Below, piece after piece: positions 54,882 to 64,000 of a stretch of 64,000 nt of DNA (positions within the stretch are counted from its first letter, which is position 1; each line of letters opens with the position of its first letter). The DNA comes from Eledone cirrhosa (taxonomy: Eukaryota). The notes beneath the pieces are model-generated. The model saw nothing but the letters and a program-made list of their open reading frames with translations, had not been told where the DNA came from and did no database searches. The stretch spans positions 268,212,001 through 268,276,000 of the forward strand of contig OZ024743.1 in NCBI GenBank assembly GCA_964016885.1, read 5' to 3'. The position numbers and the translations under genes are program-made.

Positions 54882-56866
54882 GACTTACCTTCTGGGTCTA
54901 GGAAGATGGCCCGTATCGCGAGATCCAAGCCTCTCCGAAAAAGGACGGCAACCCCTACCCCCGATCCTGGACGGCTGGGAGATGCGTATATATCGTAGCC
55001 GCCAAAGATCGGTGCGAAGGCTTGTGCTTCGGAGATTCTGGTTTCACTGATGGCCACCACATCTATGTTTAGTGACCTGAGGTCGTTGAGCAGGTGACCC
55101 TGCTTCCAACATGACCCCAGGCCACGTGCATTTATACTGCCTATTCTGAGTACCGCCATGTTTGATGAGAAACGGGCAAGTGAGAAAGAGTCACTTACCT
55201 TGTTCGTGTGGTGAAGGGTGAGTAGAACCGTCCCTTTCGCTGGTCATGGGTGTTTCCAAGAGGATGTCAGTGTATATCCTCTTGGTAACCGACGCTCTGA
55301 AGTCTCCAACTGCGTTGGGGAATTTTAGTTTTAAATGTTTGTACTGTTCTATTTTAATTTCAATGATGCTTATGTTTGTCGGGAGAGTTCTTGGTGTTGG
55401 TGGGGTGTAGTAGTTGTTTTCTGTGATGACTGTCTGTTGCTTTATATATTGTATGAGTTCTTTTTTTGCCATGTTTATGGCTGTGTACTTTTTGGAGAGA
55501 GGGGTGATGTTGTTGCTGTTTCGTGTGTATGTCTCGTTGTGTTTGCGTTGTTGGTGTTTTTGGTGATGCTGGTGGTGGTGTGGTTGCTGTTGTCAGTGGG
55601 GCTTGTGGTGGTGTTGCTGCAAGTTTCCTTGCTGCATTTACCCTTCTTTGTATGCCTTCGCTTTTGGAGGGTGAATCTAAGAGTTTTTTTTTTTTGTTTT
55701 TTGTGGCAGACCGTTTGCCACTTTACTCCTGCCTCAAACTCTATGTAGGATTTTGTGGCGTCTGGGAGGAGTATGTGCTCCACGGCTGTTGGTGGTGGTA
55801 GTGGAGCCCTCTTCGGCAATTTTGTTGCTGGTGTAGCTACTTCAAATGTAGCTATTGGTGTTGCCGGCACCGATGCTGCTGCTTTAGTTGTCCGTGGCCT
55901 TGGTACGGGTGCTACGGACGTTGCCCTCCTACTCATCGTGGAGGGGGCTTCTTCGTTTGTTGCCTGCCCTGCTCTTGGTAGCAGTGGACCAGCTATTGGA
56001 AGGAGAGGGGCCTTCTTCGCTGTCTTCTGCGGACAAAAGGCGGCCCTGAGGTGACCCTTCGACCCAGAGAAAACATTTTGGCCGTCTTCCTTCTACACTT
56101 ATAGGGAGTTGGAGTCCTTCCGCGATGTCTATGATATCGGGAATAGCGTCGATACATTCCTTGTCAGTTTGTATAAGCATTTGCATTCCTATACCTGACC
56201 AGTTCTCTCTCCCTATTTTTTCTACTTGCAGCATGGTCGTCCTGTTCTCGATTCCAGCAAGGACAGACGCGGCCAGCCAAGGTATGGGCACGTCGAGTGG
56301 GACCTGGGTCACTCTGACCCTCACAATTTTCTGCCCGCAGTAGGAGGGCACCAAGACTATCTCCTCACTCTTTAGGGTTTCCAAAGAGTGAGATTTTGCT
56401 TCCTGGGGGTGGCGAAAAGTACGTCTACTGTGGCGTACTTTCTGGCTCGGGTGATGTGGGGTTTGTGTGCCCAGACGCACCCCAAGGCCTTTTGGATTTG
56501 AGCCTCCTTGGCTCTCTCCACTCGATGTGAGATTTTGCTAACGGTGCGGTAAGTCACCGTCCGTAGCTGCTGGTCCTTGAAAAAATCGGGTGGAGGTTTC
56601 AGGGAAACTCTATTTGCGCTTCTTGTCACCATGGCCCTTGCGACTGACATCTCCTCCTCTGTGACTAACACTGTCTCGATATTTTGGGCGACAGGTGCAA
56701 AAGAAGTGGTCCCGTTTTCAGCAGCACCACTATTGCTACCGAAACTGGTCTTACTGATGATGCTGAGATCGCTATTACAGGTATCGGTGTCATTGTTGTT
56801 GTTTTCGTTGGTACAGTTGTTGGTGTTTTGTTGTTGTTTTCGTTGATACTGTTGCTGTTGTTACTG
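54882..56866 (-). mobile_element. Tx1 LINE copy E: A-like ORF1 plus the first ~90 codons of ORF2; 3' part lost
   Basis: KYATVDVLFATP, SEEIVLVPSYCGQKIVRV; ORF2 start MAVLRIGSINARGLG at 55159; (AAT)n at 56867-56888. Confidence 0.9.
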
Positions 56867-56888
56867 TAATAATAATAATAATAATAAT

Positions 56889-57503
56889 GATTTCTTTATT
56901 AACCACAAGGGTTTACATAAAGTAGACATTAAGGACAGTGCAGGACAATACAGGACGGTACAAATGGGAATTTCTGCGTGTAAAAAAAAACAGAGGATGT
57001 AATAAAAAAATAACAATGAAAAATTCCTCAATAAGGGGGAGACTTCCGAGGGACATTTGTGTAGAAAAGCCCATTAAAAGGCCACAGTGACCTTGACCAC
57101 AAGGGCAAGTGCCCTCTCCCAGTTTTCCGCCTTTAATTTACAGACACATACTCAGAGTAGGCCCATTCACTCGGGCCATACTTGCTTCTCTCACCCATCT
57201 TTCAACAAAATGCTGGGAAGAGAGCACTTCCCTCTCACTGAAGACGAGCACTTACCGAAGAGGTAAGTGCTCGTCTTCAGCCCTTTCAAACGTGTCCACC
57301 ATATTATTTCTTTTGCCATGGCCACCAGACAAATAAAAACTGCCTGCCCTTCCCGGCTAAAGGAAGAGGGCGGGGCAATCCTCACAATGACCTCAGCTGA
57401 TAGTTGGATCCGTCCTACACGTGACAGGAGGTGTTCGACATAAACCCACAAGTCAGCAATGCTCGGACACTGGACGAGTGCGTGCAGGACGGTTTCGTCG
57501 CCC
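56889..57503 (-). mobile_element. Tx1 LINE 3' fragment (copy F)
   Basis: 3'UTR and ORF2 C-terminus match copies A, B and D. Confidence 0.9.
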
Positions 57504-57737
57504 TCGATAAGGATAAATATATATCAGATATATAAGAACCCTAGAGCAAATATTTATTAAAATAACAGATTAAAGTTTAAGCAAAGAATCGCTGCTTTCA
57601 CCCTAACGGGATCTTCTGTGATAATACATGTAGGATGGATGATGATATGCATAACGTAGAGTATTTTAATTTATTATATCATTGTATACTTACCTGTATG
57701 ACCAGTTCTACTCATTGGTAAACCACGAAACATAGAT

Positions 57738-57776
<39 letters not shown>

Positions 57777-58397
57777 GTGAGGATTTTTTACAAAATGAAA
57801 AATAACCGAGGTGTCCAACACGAGTGAAAGTATAAAGAAAAAAATCTGAAATAGAAAATGCAACTGGAGTCTTATTTTTAAATAAATATATATATATTTT
57901 TTTAAATAAGTCTCCAGTGCATTTTCGATTTCATCTTTTTCTCTCTCTATATATATATATATAATAATTGTTTCTACTTTTGGCACAAGGCCATCAATTA
58001 CCCAGTACATTACTGGTACTTTATTTTATCGACCCCGTAAGGATGAAAGGCAAAGTTAACCTCGGCGGGATTTGAATTCAGACCGTAAAGGGAGGACGTA
58101 ACTATGCTGGAAAGCATGGCGTCCGACTCTCTACCGATACTGCCAATCCACAGACTAAAATCCAAAGAGGGCTCGATAAGGGTAAACATATATCAGATAT
58201 ATAAGAACGATAGAGCAAATATTTATTAAAATAACAGATTAAATAATCGCTGCTTTCACCCTTAACGAGATCTTCTGTGATAATACATTAGGATGGATGA
58301 TGATATGCATAACGTAGAGTATTTTAATTTATTATATCATTGTATACTTACCTGTATGACCAGTTCTACTCATTGGTAAACCACGCAACATAGATGG

Positions 58398-58428
<31 letters not shown>

Positions 58429-58594
58429 GTGAGGTTATTTTTTACAAAATGAAAAATAACCGAGGTGTCCAACACGAGTGAAAGTATAAAGAAAAAAATA
58501 TGAAATAGAAAATGCAACTGGAGTCTTATTTTTAAATAAATATATATATAATTTTTTAAATAAGTCTCCAGTTGCATTTTCGATTTCATCTTTT

Positions 58595-58645
<51 letters not shown>
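57503..58645 (+). repeat. ~460-bp direct duplication (57503-57960 and 58172-58645) separated by a SINE
   Basis: 'ctcgataagg.taaa...ctcattggtaaaccacg...tagaaagtgagg...ttttcgatttcatc' occurs twice; each unit includes a small fold-back of the 25380-25508 PLE end. Confidence 0.85.
57966..58151 (-). mobile_element. tRNA-derived SINE
   Basis: Reverse complement of the 25726 family. Confidence 0.9.
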
Positions 58646-58646
<1 letters not shown>

Positions 58647-58841
58647 AGAGGGTGTTAAAGTTTGCTTGAAGCATTGTGAAATGTGTAAAAATACGTATTT
58701 AAGAAAGCCACAACAATGCAAAGGGAAATCTCGAGGTAGGAAGTGAAATATAGATAGGAAAAACAGGTGAAAGTGAAAGTTGAGAGAGACAAAGATGAAA
58801 ACAAAACAAAGGTAGAAGGGTAACCGTAGTAGAGATTTTAA

Positions 58842-58877
58842 TCCCAATATTTCGGGCTCACGCCCATCAACGGGGGA
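58842..58877 (-). ncRNA. Minimal type I hammerhead-like fold with a non-canonical core in the PLE 3' UTR
   Basis: Minus strand: TCCC-CCGTTGA-T-GGGC-GTGA-GCCC-GAAA-TA-TT-GGGA; helices I and II perfect, palindromic AATATT helix III. Confidence 0.6.
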
Positions 58878-59485
58878 AAAGTTCCAAAAGGGGGGAAAAC
58901 AGGCCAAGCGGAGAAAGTGGTGATGTCGTTAAGACAGGAATGCCGTTATGGGGAGAAAAATATTTAAAATTTAAACGAGGGAGAGAATGCGCGTGCGCGT
59001 GATAAGCTGTGGCAAAAGCTACTGACCAAATGGGTTAAAACAAGAGGGTGCGTTAGCGTGTGAAAGCCGTAAGATATGTATATGTAAATATATATGTGTG
59101 TGTGACTGTGTGTGTATAAGTGTAAGTGTGTATATGTGTGAGTGTGTGTGTGTGTGAAAGATAGTGGGCTGTAGAAGTTGGAAATCAAAGGGTGTGAAAG
59201 GTGGTAGGTTGTAAAATATGTGTGCGTGTATAAATATAGATGTGTGTGTGTGTAAGCGTATGGGTATACATGTGTGTGTGTAACTGTGTATGTATATGTG
59301 TGAGTGCGTTTGTGTGTGAAAGATAGTGGGCTGTAGAAGCTGGAAATCAAAGGGTGTGAAAGGTGGTAGGTTGTAAAAACATGTGTGCGTGTAAAATATA
59401 GAAGTGTGTGTGCATGCGTATGGGTATGCATATACGTGCGTGTGTGTGAAGATAGCAGGCCGTAGGCTGTGAATGGTCATTATGG

Positions 59486-61387
59486 TTAAGTTAGCCATGT
59501 CAGCTCATTTCTCTCAGCCCGGTTGTTAAGTGGGGGTCTTAGGTTCTTAATAACAAGTGCTTCTTTTATCCTTAAGGATCCGATGCTGCGTTCAGTCGCT
59601 AGGACTGTGACCAAGGGTCTACCCTGTGGGTTTCCGCATTTGAGGATATGTTTACGGAAGGAAGATGCGTTGGTGTTGATATGTTCCTTGATACGAACAT
59701 GTAGGGGTCGGATGGTGCTACCTATGTAAAACTTGTTACATTTATCGCATTGAATCTTATATACGACATAGGTGCGTAGGCAATCTGCCCCCCGTATCGG
59801 GCAGTTGCTGAGGGAACAAGTCCTAACTGCCTCGTAGGGTTTGTTGGAGAGGCATCTTCGCAGCGAAGGTCCTGTGTGGGCCAAATGTATGTCAAGTCCC
59901 TCCGTACGTATGGCCCTGCGGATGGCGTTCGTGGTATATTCACTCAGGTGGGGGATTTTAAAGAAGCACCTGCTAATATTAAGTTTTCTAGTGGGTGTCA
60001 GTCTACTGGGTCTGGGGTCTCTAATTCCGTTAATCAGTCGCTTGGGATAACCATTAGATCTGAGTAGATTACGGAATTGCGTGGTATGGGTGAGACCACC
60101 CATCGGGTCGCTGCATCTGTTAGTGATCCGTGTCAGTTCATTTAGGACATAGCCTCTCTTAGCGTTGTTGGGGAGGGCTGAGTTATAATGCACAAATAGG
60201 TCCTTGCACGCTGCTTTGCGGTAGAAAGTGGTGTTTATGTCTCCTTGTTCCGAGATGTTGATACGGAAGTCGAGGAGGGCGAGTGACCCGTCTTCTCCCG
60301 GGTGTTCGATGGTGAAATCGATGTGTTGGTCAGTATCGTTGAAGATTTGGTGAATTTCATTCGCCATCTCCCGGGAAGAAGTAAGTATCAGGATATCATC
60401 AACGTATCTGGAGTAGAAGGCGACGGCGTTGGGTTGGCAGGTATTGAGTGCCTTGCGTTCCAGGTGGTCCATGTACGAGATCGCAAGTATGCCGGACAGA
60501 CTAGAGCCCATAGGTAGCCCAGAGATTTGTTTGTACGTGTGGCCGAGGAAATTGAAGAGTGCATTATCCACAACGAAGGAGAGGAGTTGGTGGATGTCCG
60601 TGTGTGTGAGTCCGAAGCAGTGTAAGTTAGATGCTCGGACTCGTTCGGTCAACAGGTCGACAGCTGGGGATGCTGGTACGGAGGTATAAAGGGCGACCAC
60701 ATCAAGACTGAAGGCATAACCGTTGTCCTTTCTGGTGTTGGGCGCCAGATGGTGTAGTCGCTCCAAGACTTCCTTTGAGCTGCAGACGTGGGCTGGTAGT
60801 GTGTGTAGAATAGGTTTCAGTAGTGTGGAGAGCAGCCACGATATTTTATAGAGTGGGCCCTCCACGCTAGAGACAATGGGCCTGATTTTCAAATCGGGTC
60901 CTTGTTTATGTGTTTTGACCAGGTGGTAGAAGGTGGGTAATTTGCTGTTTCGAGTCATTATGTTGTTTTTTACCTTCTTTGGCAGTTTTCGTTGGACACA
61001 GATGTTAGTCCATATGGTGTTAATGCCTTCCTCGATTAGAGTCGAGGAGGTCCCTGTGACTTTCGAGTAGAGGCTGTGGTCATTAAGATGTTGGAGAGCT
61101 AAGTTGTTGTAGGTCTCTCTCGAGATGACACAGAATTCTTTCCCCTTGTCAGAGGGAAGGTACACAAGGTTCCTGGATCTTAGGTTGGTGAGAGTATTAA
61201 ATTGTGCATTGGTGAGGTTGCGTTTATTGTGTGTGTGTGTGTGTTGGGAAAGGATGTTAGAGATAGAATGTTTCAACCTGAGTAGTTTAGTGTCAAGTTC
61301 GTGGTTGGTGGGTGGGGGGTGGAGTGGGTTGTATATGGAGTCGCAGTTGGTGGTGGTGGTGTCATCTATATTTATACACGCACACAT
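59486..61387 (-). CDS. PLE reverse transcriptase + GIY-YIG endonuclease (633 aa, chimeric N-terminus)
   Basis: SDKG, KTHK, IRPIVS, SLDVVALYTSVP, GLPMGSSLS, YSRYVDD, LALLD, VVYKIQCDKCNKFYIGST, KEAL..PPLN; uninterrupted. Confidence 0.9.
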   Translation of the reverse strand: MCACINIDDTTTTNCDSIYNPLHPPPTNHELDTKLLRLKHSISNILSQHTHTHNKRNLTNAQFNTLTNLRSRNLVYLPSDKGKEFCVISRETYNNLALQHLNDHSLYSKVTGTSSTLIEEGINTIWTNICVQRKLPKKVKNNIMTRNSKLPTFYHLVKTHKQGPDLKIRPIVSSVEGPLYKISWLLSTLLKPILHTLPAHVCSSKEVLERLHHLAPNTRKDNGYAFSLDVVALYTSVPASPAVDLLTERVRASNLHCFGLTHTDIHQLLSFVVDNALFNFLGHTYKQISGLPMGSSLSGILAISYMDHLERKALNTCQPNAVAFYSRYVDDILILTSSREMANEIHQIFNDTDQHIDFTIEHPGEDGSLALLDFRINISEQGDINTTFYRKAACKDLFVHYNSALPNNAKRGYVLNELTRITNRCSDPMGGLTHTTQFRNLLRSNGYPKRLINGIRDPRPSRLTPTRKLNISRCFFKIPHLSEYTTNAIRRAIRTEGLDIHLAHTGPSLRRCLSNKPYEAVRTCSLSNCPIRGADCLRTYVVYKIQCDKCNKFYIGSTIRPLHVRIKEHINTNASSFRKHILKCGNPQGRPLVTVLATERSIGSLRIKEALVIKNLRPPLNNRAERNELTWLT

Positions 61388-61394
61388 ATTTTAC

Positions 61395-63782
61395 TACGAC
61401 ACCACCACCACCAACTGCGACTCCATATACAAACGCTTTCTGAGCACTTAGATCGTATAGCTCCAATCCTCACCCCTGACCACCAGGTCCAGGAATTACG
61501 CAAAGCTATAGATCATTGTTACCACACCAGAGTCAAATTTGATAAACAGCGCCTTGTACGGAAATACGAATGGACTGTAAACAAATACTACATTGACAAC
61601 ATCCGCTCCCACAGACGGACCGACTACAACCACACCAGGGGCAACAGCTGTACAACACCCTCCGCTACACCCCCCAACATCGATCTACCTACCAACGATG
61701 CTTCACACCTCGTTACCGACTTAACCGGTACCCTCACCAACGACGAACTCGAACTTCTGCGCCTCGGACCCAAGTTCATCATTACACAGCGTCTCGATGA
61801 TAGACTGAAACTCGACATCGAAACCAACTTCTGTCGGACAGCTTATCAACTGAAATGGCTAACAAGCCATCCAAAACAACACCGAGATCGATTACAACCC
61901 CACAACCCACCCCACACTCCCCACGTATCACCTCGACAACCCACTCCACCCCCCACCCACCAACCACGAACTTGACACTAAACTACTCAGGTTGAAACAT
62001 TCTATCTCTAACATCCTTTCCCAACACACACACACACACAATAAACGCAACCTCACCAATGCACAATTTAATACTCTCACCAACCTAAGATCCAGGAACC
62101 TTGTGTACCTTCCCTCTGACAAGGGGAAAGAATTCTGTGTCATCTCGAGAGAGACCTACAACAACTTAGCTCTCCAACATCTTAATGACCACAGCCTCTA
62201 CTCGAAAGTCACAGGGACCTCCTCGACTCTAATCGAGGAAGGCATTAACACCATATGGACTAACATCTGTGTCCAACGAAAACTGCCAAAGAAGGTAAAA
62301 AACAACATAATGACTCGAAACAGCAAATTACCCACCTTCTACCACCTGGTCAAAACACATAAACAAGGACCCGATTTGAAAATCAGGCCCATTGTCTCTA
62401 GCGTGGAGGGCCCACTCTATAAAATATCGTGGCTGCTCTCCACACTACTGAAACCTATTCTACACACACTACCAGCCCACGTCTGCAGCTCAAAGGAAGT
62501 CTTGGAGCGACTACACCATCTGGCGCCCAACACCAGAAAGGACAACGGTTATGCCTTCAGTCTTGATGTGGTCGCCCTTTATACCTCCGTACCAGCATCC
62601 CCAGCTGTCGACCTGTTGACCGAACGAGTCCGAGCATCTAACTTACACTGCTTCGGACTCACACACACGGACATCCACCAACTCCTCTCCTTCGTTGTGG
62701 ATAATGCACTCTTCAATTTCCTCGGCCACACGTACAAACAAATCTCTGGGCTACCTATGGGCTCTAGTCTGTCCGGCATACTTGCGATCTCGTACATGGA
62801 CCACCTGGAACGCAAGGCACTCAATACCTGCCAACCCAACGCCGTCGCCTTCTACTCCAGATACGTTGATGATATCCTGATACTTACTTCTTCCCGGGAG
62901 ATGGCGAATGAAATTCACCAAATCTTCAACGATACTGACCAACACATCGATTTCACCATCGAACACCCGGGAGAAGACGGGTCACTCGCCCTCCTCGACT
63001 TCCGTATCAACATCTCGGAACAAGGAGACATAAACACCACTTTCTACCGCAAAGCAGCGTGCAAGGACCTATTTGTGCATTATAACTCAGCCCTCCCCAA
63101 GAACGCTAAGAGAGGCTATGTCCTAAATGAACTGACACGGATCACTAACAGATGCAGCGACCCGATGGGTGGTCTCACCCATACCACGCAATTCCGTAAT
63201 CTACTCAGATCTAATGGTTATCCCAAGCGACTGATTAACGGAATTAGAGACCCCAGACCCAGTAGACTGACACCCACTAGAAAACTTAATATTAGCAGGT
63301 GCTTCTTTAAAATCCCCCACCTGAGTGAATATACCACGAACGCCATCCGCAGGGCCATACGTACGGAGGGACTTGACATACATTTGGCCCACACAGGACC
63401 TTCGCTGCGAAGATGCCTCTCCAACAAACCCTACGAGGCAGTTAGGACTTGTTCCCTCAGCAACTGCCCGATACGGGGGGCAGATTGCCTACGCACCTAT
63501 GTCGTATATAAGATTCAATGCGATAAATGTAACAAGTTTTACATAGGTAGCACCATCCGACCCCTACATGTTCGTATCAAGGAACATATCAACACCAACG
63601 CATCTTCCTTCCGTAAACATATCCTCAAATGCGGAAACCCACAGGGTAGACCCTTGGTCACAGTCCTAGCGACTGAACGCAGCATCGGATCCTTAAGGAT
63701 AAAAGAAGCACTTGTTATTAAGAACCTAAGACCCCCACTTAACAACCGGGCTGAGAGAAATGAGCTGACATGGCTAACTTAA
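61395..63782 (+). CDS. PLE RT + GIY-YIG ORF, 5'-truncated, with one frameshift near 61861
   Basis: The N-terminal frame (LTNDELELLRLGPKF, QLKWL) shifts +1 into QAIQNNTEIDYNP...NHELDTKLLRLKH and continues open to 63782. Confidence 0.9.
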
Positions 63783-64000
63783 CCATAATGACCATTCACA
63801 GCCTACGGCCTGCTATCTTCACACACACGCACGTATATGCATACCCATACGCATGCACACACACTTCTATATTTTACACGCACACATGTTTTTACAACCT
63901 ACCACCTTTCACACCCTTTGATTTCCAGCTTCTACAGCCCACTATCTTTCACACACAAACGCACTCACACATATACATACACAGTTACACACACACATGT

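Larger units (their letters stand above)
58646..64000. mobile_element. Young Penelope-like element as a head-to-head inverted pair (left arm 58646-61363 minus; right arm 61395 to beyond the window, plus)
   Basis: Near-identical inverted RT-GIY-YIG ORFs and CA-rich 3' UTR subrepeats; the left arm ends in (TA)n. Confidence 0.95.

Noticed and set aside
59090-59460. Regularly spaced repeats that could mimic a CRISPR array
   Set aside because: CA-rich ~180-bp subrepeats of the PLE 3' UTR in a eukaryotic context; no unique spacers or cas genes

Overview
Animal (eukaryotic) genomic DNA that is AT-rich and dense in (TA)n/(CA)n/(AAT)n microsatellites. It resembles a cephalopod genome, but that is an inference. 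No host gene can be confidently identified, and nearly all real coding content is retroelement-derived. The window has three layers. (1) A ~28 kb nested array (about 29.7-57.5 kb) contains APE-type Tx1/L1-clade LINEs (all on the minus strand), RLE-type R4/Dong-clade LINEs (all on the plus strand) and a tRNA-derived SINE (minus strand). These are joined almost entirely by (AAT)n tracts. The Tx1 copies and the SINE share a covarying stem-loop with a CUUGU loop just before their microsatellite tails, and Tx1 ORF1/5'UTR modules appear swapped on a near-identical ORF2. (2) Penelope-like elements (RT + GIY-YIG) are present, including a very young head-to-head inverted pair at 58.6-64 kb. (3) Short (TA)n-embedded fold-back or partly tandem elements (10-29 kb, 57-59 kb) carry type I hammerhead ribozymes, including two unrelated families with a U3:A8 core. 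Most other ORFs in the track are microsatellite or antisense artefacts. Coordinates were counted by eye and may be off by a few nt.
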